Source: an uncultured Alistipes sp. (GTDB lineage: Bacteria > Bacteroidota > Bacteroidia > Bacteroidales > Rikenellaceae). Taken from it: 64,000 bases of DNA. Below, piece after piece: positions 30,418-41,420 of this stretch. Within the stretch, counting starts at the first letter, position 1. Each line of letters opens with the position of its first letter. The notes under the pieces are model-generated. The model was not told the origin of the DNA. It saw only the letters and a list, made by a program, of their open reading frames with translations, and made no database searches. The translations under genes were made by a program, and so were the position numbers. The stretch lies in NCBI GenBank assembly GCA_947364365.1, contig CANASP010000011.1, positions 7,354-71,353 on the forward strand. Direction: 5' to 3'.

Positions 30418-31290
30418 ATGAATCCGAACATCGAACAACTGCGCCGGTGGTGGCGCGAAACATTCCGCAAGCGGCGTTTCTGCATGCTCAACGCCACCGA
30501 CAACAGCGAGGAGTGGCACGTCCACCTCTCGCCCGCCAGCGCCTTCGCCGCCATAGTCGCCTTCGTCCTGCTGCTCTTCATCCTCACGCTCTCGCTGGTA
30601 GCCTACTCGCCCGTACTGGAGATGCTTCCCGGCTACCGCACGGCGGCCGACCGGTCGCGCGAAAGCCTCGCGCACAACATCATCCGGCTCGACTCGATGG
30701 AGCGGATGATGAACGACATGATGACCTACAACGAAAACATCGCGCTGATCCTCGAAGGCCGCACCCCCGTCGTCCGCACGGTCGACGCCTCGCAGGATTC
30801 GCTCCACGCGACGCGGATGCTGGTCATGCCGTCCGTCGAGGATTCGCTCCTGCGCGCCCAGATGGAGGGCGACGGTCCCTACGCCCTTTCGGGACGCAGC
30901 GACACGCGCCGCAGCGTGCGCGAGGCGCTCGACCTGACGCGCCCCGTGGAGGGGATCATTACCGACCGGTTCGACATCGCCGCGGGGCGCCTCGGCATCC
31001 GCATCGCCGCACCGGCCGCCGAGCGCATCGCCGCCATCGACAAGGGCACTGTGATCCAGAGCCTCTGGACGCCCGAAAGCGGCTATACGGTCATCATACA
31101 GCACGGCAACGACCTGCTGTCGGTCTACCGGGGACTGTCGCAGTCGCTCGCGCAGGCGGGTCAGAGCGTACAGGCCGGCGATCTGGTGGGATACAACGCC
31201 GAGACGGCAGACGGCGACGTGCGTCTTTTCGAGTTCGAACTCTGGAATAACGGCAAGCCCGTCGATCCGGAGGGATATATCGTCTTCTAA
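30418..31290 (+). CDS. M23/LytM family protein with degenerate Zn site
   Basis: N-terminal TM and coiled region; C-terminal GYTVIIQHG...FELWNNGKPVDP; precedes dxr as in other Bacteroidetes. Confidence 0.85.
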   Translation: MNPNIEQLRRWWRETFRKRRFCMLNATDNSEEWHVHLSPASAFAAIVAFVLLLFILTLSLVAYSPVLEMLPGYRTAADRSRESLAHNIIRLDSMERMMNDMMTYNENIALILEGRTPVVRTVDASQDSLHATRMLVMPSVEDSLLRAQMEGDGPYALSGRSDTRRSVREALDLTRPVEGIITDRFDIAAGRLGIRIAAPAAERIAAIDKGTVIQSLWTPESGYTVIIQHGNDLLSVYRGLSQSLAQAGQSVQAGDLVGYNAETADGDVRLFEFELWNNGKPVDPEGYIVF

Positions 31291-31295
31291 AAACC

Positions 31296-32453
31296 ATGAA
31301 ACAACCCTTAGCCATCCTAGGATCGACCGGCTCGATCGGCGAGCAGACGCTCGACATCGTGCGCGAGAATCCCGACCGGTTCGAAGCCCGCATCCTCACG
31401 GCCAACCGCCAGTGGGAGCGTCTGGCGGCACAGGCCCGCGCGTTCGACGCCGACACGGTGGTCATCGCCGACGAGCGCTACTACGCCCCGCTGCGCGACG
31501 CGCTCGCCGACACCGACACCAAGGTCTACGCCGGCGACGATGCCGTGGCGCAGGTGGCGGGCGGCGGCGACACGACGACCGTGGTCAACGCCCTGGTCGG
31601 TTATGCCGGCCTGGCACCGTCGGTCGCGGCGCTCCGGGCCGGCAAGAAGCTCGCGCTGGCCAACAAGGAGTCGCTCGTCGTGGGCGGCGCCCATGTCATG
31701 GCGCTGGCCGCCGAGAAGCGCGCGCCGATCCTGCCGATCGACTCGGAGCACTCGGCGATCTTCCAGTGTCTCGCGGGCGAACGGGCGCCCGTAAGGCGGC
31801 TGATCGTCACGTGCAGCGGCGGCGCGCTGCGCGACGTGCCGATGGAACGGCTCGCCCGTGTGACGGTCGACGAGGCGCTGCGCCATCCCCAATGGTCGAT
31901 GGGCGCCAAGATCACGATCGACTCGTCGACGCTCGTGAACAAGGGGTTCGAGGTGATCGAGGCCCACTGGCTCTTCGGCACGCCGGCCGAGAAGATCGAC
32001 GTCGTACTCCACCCCCAGTCGATCGTCCACTCGATGGTCGAGTTCGAGGACGGGGCGATCAAGGCCCAGCTAGGCACCCCCGACATGCGCATGCCCATCA
32101 GCCTGGCGCTGATGTACCCCGACCGCGCCATACGACCCCAGGAGCGGTTCGACTTCCTCGCCCACCCGCAGCTCACCTTCGCCGAGGTCGACCGCGTGAA
32201 ATACCCGGCGCTCGACATCGCCTACGACTGCCTGCGCCGCGGCGGCACGGCGGCCTGCACGATGAACGGCGCCAACGAGGTGGCCGTGGCGGCGTTCCTC
32301 GCCCGCCGCTGCGCCTGGACCGACATCGTGCGCGCCATCGAATACGCCCTCGACCGGGCGGCCTTCATTGCGACACCCTCGCTCGACGACTACGCCGCCT
32401 CCGACGCCGAGGCGCGCCGTCTGGCGGAGGCATACCTCAACGGCAACCGATAA
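31296..32453 (+). CDS. dxr: 1-deoxy-D-xylulose 5-phosphate reductoisomerase
   Basis: LGSTGSIG, LANKESLV, PIDSEHSA and HPQWSMGAKITIDS. Confidence 0.97.
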   Translation: MKQPLAILGSTGSIGEQTLDIVRENPDRFEARILTANRQWERLAAQARAFDADTVVIADERYYAPLRDALADTDTKVYAGDDAVAQVAGGGDTTTVVNALVGYAGLAPSVAALRAGKKLALANKESLVVGGAHVMALAAEKRAPILPIDSEHSAIFQCLAGERAPVRRLIVTCSGGALRDVPMERLARVTVDEALRHPQWSMGAKITIDSSTLVNKGFEVIEAHWLFGTPAEKIDVVLHPQSIVHSMVEFEDGAIKAQLGTPDMRMPISLALMYPDRAIRPQERFDFLAHPQLTFAEVDRVKYPALDIAYDCLRRGGTAACTMNGANEVAVAAFLARRCAWTDIVRAIEYALDRAAFIATPSLDDYAASDAEARRLAEAYLNGNR

Positions 32454-32477
32454 CCCACCGCAAAACAAGCCGAATCC

Positions 32478-33794
32478 GTGGAAATATTCATCAAGATCAT
32501 CCAGTTCTTCCTCTGCTTCACCATCCTCGTGGGACTCCACGAGCTGGGACACTTTCTCATGGCGCGCCTGTTCCGCATCCGCGTCGAAAAATTCTACATC
32601 TTCTTCGACCCCTGGTTCTCGCTCTTCAGGTTCCGCCGCGGCGAGACCGAGTACGGCGTGGGCTGGCTGCCGCTGGGCGGCTACGTCAAGATCGCCGGCA
32701 TGATCGACGAATCGATGGACAAGGAGCAGATGCGGCAGCCCGTCCGTCCCGACGAGTTCCGCGCCAAATCCGCCTGGCAACGTTTTCTGGTGATGATCGC
32801 CGGCGTGGTGATGAACGTCGTGCTGGCCATCGTCATCTACTGCGGCATCTGCTACACGTGGGGCGACACCTACTTTTCGAACGACGACGCCCGCTGGGGC
32901 TACGCCTTCAACGAGGCGGGACACCGCCTGGGGCTGCGCGACGGCGACCGCTTCGTCTCGATCGACGGCGAACGGATCGACGACATCTCGAAGATCGTCC
33001 CCTCGCTCATCATCACCGAGAGCGACCGCACGCTCGTCGTCGAGCGCGACGGCCGGGAAGTGACGCTGACGCTCCCGCTCGAAGAGCTGATCGCCATACG
33101 GCAGAACAAGGAGTTCGAGGAGCTCTTCCGGCTGCGCGTACCGTTTCTCGTCGACAGCGTCGCCTCGGCCGGCGCCGCCGCGCTGCGGCCGGGCGACGAG
33201 ATCGTCGGCATGGACGACCGCCGCAACATGGAATTCAGCGACTACAAGGAGTACCTGAAGCTCCATGCCGGCGACACGGTGCGCGTCGAGGTGGTGCGCG
33301 AGGACGACATGGTGCTGGAATACGACCTCCCGGTCTCGGCCGAAGGGACGCTCGGCGTCGTGGCGGCCGTTCCCTACACGTTGCGCACGCGGGAATACAC
33401 GTTGGCGGAGGCCATCCCCGCAGGGCTGCGCAAGGCGGGACGCGTGATCGCCTCCTACTGGGAGCAGCTCAAGATGATCGCGCAGCCCAAGACCCGCATG
33501 TACGAGGAGCTGGGCGGCTTCATCTCCATCGGCAGCATCTTCCCCGGGGCGTGGGACTGGCAGGGCTTCTGGCTCACCACGGCCTTCCTGTCGATCATCC
33601 TCGCCGTGATGAACATCCTCCCCATCCCGGGGCTCGACGGCGGGCATGCCCTCTTCACGCTGTGGGAGATCCTTACGGGCCGCAAGGTGAGCGACCGGGT
33701 GCTGGAGGCGGCGCAGTACGTCGGGCTGGTCATCATCCTCGCGCTGCTCGTCTACGCCAACGGCAACGACATCTACCGCTTCTTCCTCAAATAA
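32478..33794 (+). CDS. rseP: RIP metalloprotease RseP
   Basis: HELGH, LPLGGYV, PDZ regions and NILPIPGLDGG; GTG start. Confidence 0.95.
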   Translation: MEIFIKIIQFFLCFTILVGLHELGHFLMARLFRIRVEKFYIFFDPWFSLFRFRRGETEYGVGWLPLGGYVKIAGMIDESMDKEQMRQPVRPDEFRAKSAWQRFLVMIAGVVMNVVLAIVIYCGICYTWGDTYFSNDDARWGYAFNEAGHRLGLRDGDRFVSIDGERIDDISKIVPSLIITESDRTLVVERDGREVTLTLPLEELIAIRQNKEFEELFRLRVPFLVDSVASAGAAALRPGDEIVGMDDRRNMEFSDYKEYLKLHAGDTVRVEVVREDDMVLEYDLPVSAEGTLGVVAAVPYTLRTREYTLAEAIPAGLRKAGRVIASYWEQLKMIAQPKTRMYEELGGFISIGSIFPGAWDWQGFWLTTAFLSIILAVMNILPIPGLDGGHALFTLWEILTGRKVSDRVLEAAQYVGLVIILALLVYANGNDIYRFFLK

Positions 33795-33801
33795 CGACGC
33801 C

Positions 33802-34359
33802 ATGCCCACCGAACTCGACAAGATGCGCTCCGGGGCGTTCTACGACATCTCGACCGAAGAGAACATGGCGTGCATCCGCCGCCGGAGCCGGCTGCTGGAG
33901 CGGTTCCACCGCGCCGCGGCCGACGACGATGCCGAGCGCCGCGCCGCACTCGAGGAGCTCATCCCGGGCATTCCCGCCTCGACGGTGATCGTCCCGCCCT
34001 TCCACTGCGACTACGGGACGGAGATCCGCCTGGGCGCGAAGGTCGTCGTCAACGCCAACTGCACGCTGCTCGACGGCGGCGGCATCACCGTCGGCGACCA
34101 CACGCTCATCGGCCCCGGCTGCCTGCTCCTGACACCCGTCCACCCCACCGACTACCTCGAACGGCGCAAACCGATCGAGCGGGCCGCACCGATCCGCATC
34201 GGCGACGACTGCTGGCTGGGCGGCGGCGTGACGGTCTGCCCGGGGGTGACGATCGGCGACAGGTGCATCATCGGCGCCGGCAGCGTCGTGGTGCACGACA
34301 TCCCCGACGATTCGCTAGCCGTGGGCAACCCCGCGGTCGTCAAACGCAAACTCCGCTGA
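33802..34359 (+). CDS. sugar O-acetyltransferase (maltose/galactoside type)
   Basis: PPFHCDYG, IGDDCWLGG and VGNPA. Confidence 0.88.
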   Translation: MPTELDKMRSGAFYDISTEENMACIRRRSRLLERFHRAAADDDAERRAALEELIPGIPASTVIVPPFHCDYGTEIRLGAKVVVNANCTLLDGGGITVGDHTLIGPGCLLLTPVHPTDYLERRKPIERAAPIRIGDDCWLGGGVTVCPGVTIGDRCIIGAGSVVVHDIPDDSLAVGNPAVVKRKLR

Positions 34360-34363
34360 CCCC

Positions 34364-34882
34364 ATGATCCGAACCATCCGCCACATGGCCTCCCTGGCAT
34401 TGGTCGCCGCCGCGTGCTGCGCCTGCACCGAGCGCGAGGAGGTCTTCTACTCGACCCGCTACGACATCGTGCGCGTCGAGGCCGCAGTGACCCTCGCCGC
34501 CCCGGAAGAGGAGGTCGACGACACGGCCGACAGCGCCGCTGCCGAAGCGCTCCGTGCCGAGGTGCTCGCCGAGGCCCCCGTCGCCGCAGGCGGCAGCTAC
34601 GCGCTCGATTTTGTGCACTACGACGGCGGCCCGCTGACGGTCGTGGCGGCGCAGGGAGGCGAAGCGCTCGCCGGCACGTTCACCAAAGAGCCCGGCACGG
34701 CCTCGATCCGTTTCGCGTTCGGCGAGGCAGACTATACGGCGACCCTCTGGCACTACGTCGACGGCGACCGGAGGCTGACGCTCCTTGCGGTGGACCTCAC
34801 CGAGCTGCTGCGCGAGCGGCATCCCGACCTGGCGATCGAAAGCGTCGTGCGCAACGAATATACCTCCACCCCCTATCGATAA
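34364..34882 (+). CDS. hypothetical lipoprotein
   Basis: Signal peptide ending CCAC followed by acidic residues; packed between neighbours. Confidence 0.7.
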   Translation: MIRTIRHMASLALVAAACCACTEREEVFYSTRYDIVRVEAAVTLAAPEEEVDDTADSAAAEALRAEVLAEAPVAAGGSYALDFVHYDGGPLTVVAAQGGEALAGTFTKEPGTASIRFAFGEADYTATLWHYVDGDRRLTLLAVDLTELLRERHPDLAIESVVRNEYTSTPYR

Positions 34883-34888
34883 ACGACG

Positions 34889-36256
34889 ATGGCAAAAGTC
34901 AAGAAAGCCTATTTCTGCAAGGAGTGCGGATTCGAAGCCCCCAAATGGCTGGGCAAATGCCCCTCGTGCGGCGCCTGGAACACCTTCGCCGAGGAGATCG
35001 TCGCCCGCGAGAGCGCTTCGGTGCCCGCGGCGATCGCGGGCGCCGTGCCGAAGGCCGCGCCGCAGCGCGTGCGCGACATCCGCCGCAGCGACCATCGCCG
35101 GCTCAATCTGGGCAACGCCGAGGTCAACCGCGTGCTGGGCGGCGGCATGGTCCCCGGATCGCTCGTGCTGCTGGGCGGCGAGCCGGGAATCGGCAAGTCG
35201 ACCCTCTCGTTGCAGATCGCGCTGGCCGCCAACGGGCTGAAGACGCTCTACGTCTCGGGCGAGGAGTCGGCCGAGCAGATCCGCATGCGCGCCGAGCGGC
35301 TCGGCATCGGCAACGACGAGTGTCTGGTCTACCCCGAGACGCTGCTCGAGAACATCGTCGCGCAGATCAACGAACAGCGGCCCGACCTGGTGGTCATCGA
35401 CTCGATCCAGACGATCTACACCGATCTGGTCGAATCGTCGGCCGGCAGCGTGTCGCAGATCCGCGAGTGCGCCGCCACGCTGCTCAAATACGCCAAGTCG
35501 ACCTCGACGTCGATCCTCATCATCGGCCACATCACCAAGGACGGCACCATCGCCGGCCCCAAGATCCTCGAACACATCGTCGACGTGGTGCTCCAGTTCG
35601 AGGGCGACAGCAACAACGTCTACCGCATCCTGCGCGGCATCAAGAACCGCTTCGGCGCGACGTTCGAGATCGGCGTCTTCGAGATGCTCGACGCGGGGCT
35701 GCGCGGGGTCGACAACCCGTCGGAGATCCTGCTCACCCACTACGAGGAGCCGCTGAGCGGCATCGCCGTGGGCGCTTCGGCCGACGGCATCCGCCCCTAC
35801 CTGATCGAGGTGCAGGCGCTCGTCAGCGGCGCCGCCTACGGCACGCCCCAGCGCACGGCCACGGGATTCGACAACCGCCGCATGAGCATGCTGCTCGCCG
35901 TGGTCGAGAAACGACTGGGGATGAAGATGTTCCAGAAGGACGTCTTCCTCAACTTCGCGGGCGGCTTCCGCGTCGCCGACCCGGGATTGGATCTGGCGGT
36001 CACGGCCGCGGTCGTCTCCTCCTACTTCGACAAGCCCGTCGCCGAGGGGGTCTGCTGCGCAGGCGAGATCGGCCTCTCGGGCGAGGTGCGCCCCGCGCCC
36101 CGCACCGAGCAGCGCATCGCCGAGGCCGCGCGTCTCGGATTCCGCCGCATCATCGTCTCGGGCTACATGGCCAAGAGCGCCAAGCGCCCCAAAGGGATCG
36201 AGGTGGTGACGATCAACAGCATCCAGGAGCTGCCGCGGGCGCTCTTTATGGAGTAG
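34889..36256 (+). CDS. radA: DNA repair protein RadA/Sms
   Basis: C4 Zn finger, GEPGIGKST, KNRFG and GEIGLSGE. Confidence 0.97.
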   Translation: MAKVKKAYFCKECGFEAPKWLGKCPSCGAWNTFAEEIVARESASVPAAIAGAVPKAAPQRVRDIRRSDHRRLNLGNAEVNRVLGGGMVPGSLVLLGGEPGIGKSTLSLQIALAANGLKTLYVSGEESAEQIRMRAERLGIGNDECLVYPETLLENIVAQINEQRPDLVVIDSIQTIYTDLVESSAGSVSQIRECAATLLKYAKSTSTSILIIGHITKDGTIAGPKILEHIVDVVLQFEGDSNNVYRILRGIKNRFGATFEIGVFEMLDAGLRGVDNPSEILLTHYEEPLSGIAVGASADGIRPYLIEVQALVSGAAYGTPQRTATGFDNRRMSMLLAVVEKRLGMKMFQKDVFLNFAGGFRVADPGLDLAVTAAVVSSYFDKPVAEGVCCAGEIGLSGEVRPAPRTEQRIAEAARLGFRRIIVSGYMAKSAKRPKGIEVVTINSIQELPRALFME

Positions 36257-36376
36257 GCGCCGCCCGCAAGGCCCGCCCCCGAGGCGGAACATCCGCCGCG
36301 GAAGGGCCCGCAAAGGCATTTGCCACACTACGGAACGAAAATTGCGTCTGCCGGAGAAAACCAAACCGGCAAACGC

Positions 36377-36697
36377 ATGAAAAATTTCGAAAAACTGATC
36401 TGGCGCGACGCGATCACGCTCGTAGAATTCTCCACCACCCGCTGCAACGCCTGCGAACGCGCCCGGGCGGAGACGGCCCGGTTCCAGCAAAAGATGGGCG
36501 GACGGATCGACCTGCACCGCGTGGATATCGAGGATCCCGACCTGCGCCCCGTACTCGAACGCTACAACATCCGCTCGGCACCCGCCGTGCTCTTTTTCCG
36601 CAACGGGCGGGAGCTCAACCGGATCGTGGGGCCCATCACCTACGCTTCGCTCTTCGCGGCACTCGACCGCGTCGAAGCGGCCGAACACGCACAGTAG
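36377..36697 (+). CDS. thioredoxin-like protein
   Basis: LVEFSTTRCNAC, VDIE and YNIRSAP..FFRNG; 106 aa. Confidence 0.8.
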   Translation: MKNFEKLIWRDAITLVEFSTTRCNACERARAETARFQQKMGGRIDLHRVDIEDPDLRPVLERYNIRSAPAVLFFRNGRELNRIVGPITYASLFAALDRVEAAEHAQ

Positions 36698-36771
36698 GTC
36701 TCAAATCAAACTCCAGCGGGGCGGGTCGACGGAAACACGAGAGCCGCACCACCGACCGCATACGGCGAACC

Positions 36772-37455
36772 TCAAGCCCGGGGATCGGGCAACCGCCACG
36801 CGAGTTCCTCGCGCAGGTAGGCACCGCCCGGGCCTTCGCCCGACAGCCCGACAGCCCGCACAACGGTATGTCGGGCCGTTTCGTTTTCGCCCCCGAAGGC
36901 TGCGCACAACGCCACGGCGCCCTGCGCCACGAGACGGGCCGCATAGCGGTCGACCGTTCCCGCCTCGGCCAGCCCGTCGGCTCCGCGCACCGCCGCGACC
37001 GCCGCCTCGACCCACCCGGCCGACACGTCGCCACGCCGCGCAGCGGCCAACAGCGCGGCATATTGCAACAGCGGGCTGTCCGTCCGGGCGATCCATTCAT
37101 CGAAAAGCGCCGGGAAATCCTCCGCGCGCCAAAGCAGCGCGAAAGCGGCCTCCTCGGCCAGCTCCGAATTGACGATCCCGTCGGCCCACGAGGCAAGCCC
37201 GTCGCCCGCGAGCTGCGCGGGGAGGGCCAGGTGCAGCGCCGCGAGCCGCAGCTCGCGAACATCCTGCCGCCACAGATAGCGGGCGAACTCCGCATCGGGC
37301 GCCTCACGCTCCGCGAGGCGCCGTACCGTGGGGAGGCTCACGCCGTAGTTGAGTCCGCACGCCGCGCCGTAGAGACGCATCGCGTCGGCCACGGCGCCGT
37401 TGCGCTCGCGGCGGAAATCGGCCAACAGCGCGGTCATGCGCGAGGTGAGGTTCAT
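36772..37455 (-). CDS. DNA alkylation repair (AlkD-like HEAT) family protein
   Basis: RNGAVADAMR..G....NYGVSLP and LWRQDVRELRL. Start at ATG 37455, overlapping the upstream stop. Confidence 0.72.
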   Translation of the reverse strand: MNLTSRMTALLADFRRERNGAVADAMRLYGAACGLNYGVSLPTVRRLAEREAPDAEFARYLWRQDVRELRLAALHLALPAQLAGDGLASWADGIVNSELAEEAAFALLWRAEDFPALFDEWIARTDSPLLQYAALLAAARRGDVSAGWVEAAVAAVRGADGLAEAGTVDRYAARLVAQGAVALCAAFGGENETARHTVVRAVGLSGEGPGGAYLREELAWRLPDPRA

Positions 37456-38348
37456 TAGCGGCCCCGGATAAAGGCTACGTTGACCGTCTTGCCGAACTCG
37501 AAGATCGGCAGCACGGCGCGGACGTATTCGCGGCTGCCGCAGATCACCGTGCAGGTCGAGGGATCGGCCACGCGGCAGGCGACCACCTCGCGGACCTTGG
37601 GGTCGGCCTCGATGCCCGCCGGGATGTCGCCCGAAGGCTCGATGCGCAACAGCACCATGTCGCCCGAAAGATCGCTCTCGGGAAGCAGACCGGCCGCCTC
37701 GCTGAAGCGGGCGACGATATACTGGCGCTTGTCGGCCGCCGGATAGACCACGCGGCGCTGCGTCTCGACGGTCACCACGCGCTTGCCGAGGAAGAGTTCC
37801 AGATAGCGCTGCTCCATGCGGTCGATCTCGGCCAAAGCGGCCTGCAACCCCTCGCCGAAGACATTCTCGCCCGCCTCGCCCGTGATGAGTTCGGTGCGGT
37901 GGCGGCGCAGCGAGAAGATGGCCGAGGCGGCGTTGCGGGCGGCATCCTCCAGCGCCAGCACCGTCATGTCGGTCTTGTCGGGCTGGATGCGGGCGAAACC
38001 GTCGTCGGAGACGGCATAGCGCATCGTCTCGCTGCGCGACGGCTCGACCGCCGGCGCCTCGAGGGCGGCACGCTCGTCGAGCAGGGCGACCGAAGCGCCC
38101 GTGACGCTCCACACGGTCTTGTCGGTGAGCGGCGCCAGCACGCCGAGGTATTTCTGCGCATAGCGCGCATAGGGTCCGCAGAGGACCTTCTCGCACTGCA
38201 CCGTCACGTCGACGCCCAACACCGTCCGGGGCTGCGAGACGACGATGCCCGCTTCGCTCTGCACGGCGCCCTGCACGGCGATGTAGGGATTTTGAGCCGC
38301 ACCGGCACCGCACCAGAGCAGTGCGCAGGCCCAAAGGATCTGTTTCAT
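37455..38348 (-). CDS. DUF4831-like exported protein
   Basis: Signal peptide, GPYARYAQKYLG, YLELFLG and IFEFG. Confidence 0.7.
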   Translation of the reverse strand: MKQILWACALLWCGAGAAQNPYIAVQGAVQSEAGIVVSQPRTVLGVDVTVQCEKVLCGPYARYAQKYLGVLAPLTDKTVWSVTGASVALLDERAALEAPAVEPSRSETMRYAVSDDGFARIQPDKTDMTVLALEDAARNAASAIFSLRRHRTELITGEAGENVFGEGLQAALAEIDRMEQRYLELFLGKRVVTVETQRRVVYPAADKRQYIVARFSEAAGLLPESDLSGDMVLLRIEPSGDIPAGIEADPKVREVVACRVADPSTCTVICGSREYVRAVLPIFEFGKTVNVAFIRGR

Positions 38349-38396
38349 AATCGTAAGGGTTTTGTTGCTGTAAAAATAGCGTATTTTGCCGGGAAG

Positions 38397-39131
38397 TCAA
38401 AATTTCAGGTAAAAATCGCGCGTGAGCGCCCGGTAGGCCTCCGTATAGCTCTCGTGAGCGCCCGTGCCGATCGTCAGCGCCTCCTCGACGACCGGCCGGT
38501 CCGCATCGCAGGCGTCGGCCGCACCGAACTCCAGCAGCACGCGCCGGGGCGCCTTGCGGGGCGTGGTCCGCACCTCGGTGCGATGCAGCAGGGCGAGGTG
38601 CCCGCGGCACAGCGCGACGAAGCGCGCCCCCTCCTCCACGGGCAGCACCACGGTGAAACGGCCGTCGACGGCCAGCAGCCGCACCACGGCGTCGCGCAGC
38701 GCCTCGAACGGAAGCGACACGGCATGGCGCGCCGTCGTGCGGCCCGCATCGGGGCACGTCAGCGAGTCGACGAAAAACGGCGGATTGGAGACGACCAGAT
38801 CGAACCGCACACCGGGCTCGAAACGCTGGACGGGGACCTGCTCGAACGTCACACAGTCGCTCCACGGCGAGGCGGCGGCGTTGTCGCGCGCCTCGTCGAC
38901 CGGCTCGATGTCGATGCCGACGACGCGCGCGCCACCACCGTCGGCGGCGAAAGGCTCCGTGCGCTGCGCCAGCATCAGGGCGATGAGGCCCGTGCCCGTG
39001 CCGATGTCGAGCAGCAGCCGGTCGGTCGGCCGCACCGTGGCCCAGGCGCCGACGAGCACCCCGTCGGTGCCCACCTTCATGGCGCTGCGCTCCTGCCCTA
39101 TGGCAAATCGTTTGAACCGAAACGTCGACAT
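38397..39131 (-). CDS. tRNA1(Val) (adenine37-N6)-methyltransferase (YfiC/TrmM family)
   Basis: FRFKRF, MKVGTDGVL, LDIGTGTG, VSNPPFF and LTRDFYLKF. Confidence 0.9.
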   Translation of the reverse strand: MSTFRFKRFAIGQERSAMKVGTDGVLVGAWATVRPTDRLLLDIGTGTGLIALMLAQRTEPFAADGGGARVVGIDIEPVDEARDNAAASPWSDCVTFEQVPVQRFEPGVRFDLVVSNPPFFVDSLTCPDAGRTTARHAVSLPFEALRDAVVRLLAVDGRFTVVLPVEEGARFVALCRGHLALLHRTEVRTTPRKAPRRVLLEFGAADACDADRPVVEEALTIGTGAHESYTEAYRALTRDFYLKF

Positions 39132-39137
39132 GGCGGA

Positions 39138-39914
39138 TCAGATCGGTTGCAGTTTGCCCTCCATGCCGGCGCCGAAGAGCGCGAAATCGAACCGCACGGG
39201 GTCGTCGGCATCGTAGGCGCGCAGCGCCGCAGTGATCTGCTCGACGGCACGCCAGTCGTTCTGACGGCGCGACAGCAAACCCAGCAGACGTCCCGTCTCG
39301 CCCGCATGGACATCGAGCGGCAGGTAGAGCGCCGACATGGGAATACGCCGCCACAGACCGAAATCGACGCCCCGGTCGTCGTGCCGCACCATCCAGCGCA
39401 GGTACATGCAGAGCCGCTTGCAGGCGGCGCCCCGCTCGACGGACGAGAGGTGTTTCTCGCACCGCGGGGCGTGGTCGGCCGAGAAGAAGGCGCGCCGGAA
39501 GGCGGCGAAAACCGCGGGGAGGCTGCGCGTCGCCTCGTAGTGCGTTTCGAAGAAGGCCCCGATGCCGCCGTACTGCGCGTCGAGACGACGGAGCGCCAAC
39601 ACGAAATCGCGCAGATCGCCGCCGTTGAAGGTGCGGTGGACGAAGCGGTCGAGCGCGGCGAGCTCTCCCGCGGAGGCGTTGCGCACGAAATCGGCCGGCG
39701 CGTCGTCCATGCAGCGCATCATCCGGTGGCCGCTGGCGACGATCGCCTTGCGGTTGCCCCACGCGATCGTCGCGGCGAGAAAGCCGGCGATCTCGCGGTC
39801 GGCCCGGTCGGTATAGCGGTGGGGCACGGCGATCGGGTCGCACGCGATGAACTCGGGGCGGTTGTAGCGGTCGTGGAGCCGTTCGAGCAGCTCGCGGAGT
39901 TCGGGGTCGGCCAT
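39138..39914 (-). CDS. TIGR02757 (DUF2400) family protein
   Basis: DPIAVPH, AWGNR, ACKRLCMYLRWMVR, PLDVH and DPVRFDFALFG. Confidence 0.88.
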   Translation of the reverse strand: MADPELRELLERLHDRYNRPEFIACDPIAVPHRYTDRADREIAGFLAATIAWGNRKAIVASGHRMMRCMDDAPADFVRNASAGELAALDRFVHRTFNGGDLRDFVLALRRLDAQYGGIGAFFETHYEATRSLPAVFAAFRRAFFSADHAPRCEKHLSSVERGAACKRLCMYLRWMVRHDDRGVDFGLWRRIPMSALYLPLDVHAGETGRLLGLLSRRQNDWRAVEQITAALRAYDADDPVRFDFALFGAGMEGKLQPI

Positions 39915-39921
39915 GGCTCCT

Positions 39922-40580
<659 letters not shown>

Positions 40581-40584
<4 letters not shown>

Positions 40585-41420
40585 CCTTGTCTATCGTTTC
40601 GTTCGTAAAGCGCGAAGAGCCGCACCGTGTCGACCGCCTCGCGCACGTCGTGCACACGCAGGATCGCGGCCCCCTGCCGCAGACACTCCCACCCCAGCGC
40701 GACCGTTCCGGCGAGCGATTCGGCGGGCGTCGTGCCGAGCGCCCGGTAGATCATCGACTTGCGCGAGAGACCCGCCAGCACGGGATAGCCCAGCTCGCAG
40801 AGGCGGTGCAGACCGGCGAGCAGCTCGTAGTTCTGCTCCAGCGTCTTGGCGAAGCCGAAGCCGGGATCGAGGATCAGATTCTCGCGCCGGATGCCGGCCG
40901 ACAGCAGCTCTGCCGTCCGCCGTCGGAAATAGTCGACCACCTCGGTCGTGATGTCGCGGCGGTAGGTCGCGAGCGACTGCATCGTCTGCGGGTCGCCCTT
41001 CATGTGCATGGCGACATAGGGAAGGCCCAGACGCGCCACCGTGGCGACCATCCCGGGATCGAGCTCGCCGGCCGAGATGTCGTTGACGACGAGCGGCCCG
41101 AAGCAGGCGACGGCCCGCTCGACCACCTCGCTGCGGAACGTGTCGACCGAGACCGGGATCGTCGGGGCCAGCCGACGGACGGCGGCGATGCCCAGCTCCA
41201 CGCGCCGCCACTCCTCCTCGGGCGGCACCTCGTCGGCGCCCGGGCGCGACGAGTAGCCCCCCACGTCGACGATCGAGGCCCCCTGGGCCAGCACTTCGGC
41301 GACACGCCGTCCGACGGCATCGGCATCCGCCGTGCGGCTTCCGTCGTAGAACGAGTCGGGGGTGACGTTGACGATGGCCATCACCCGGGGACGGCAAAGG
41401 TCGAGCTCAAGGACGGCCAT
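40581..41420 (-). CDS. folP: dihydropteroate synthase
   Basis: [26 protein letters not shown] and RVHDV. Confidence 0.95.

Noticed and set aside
36772-39843. 1023-aa minus-strand ORF
   Set aside because: Only the last 227 aa (from ATG 37455) look like protein. The rest is an Arg/Ala-rich off-frame read-through across three real genes.
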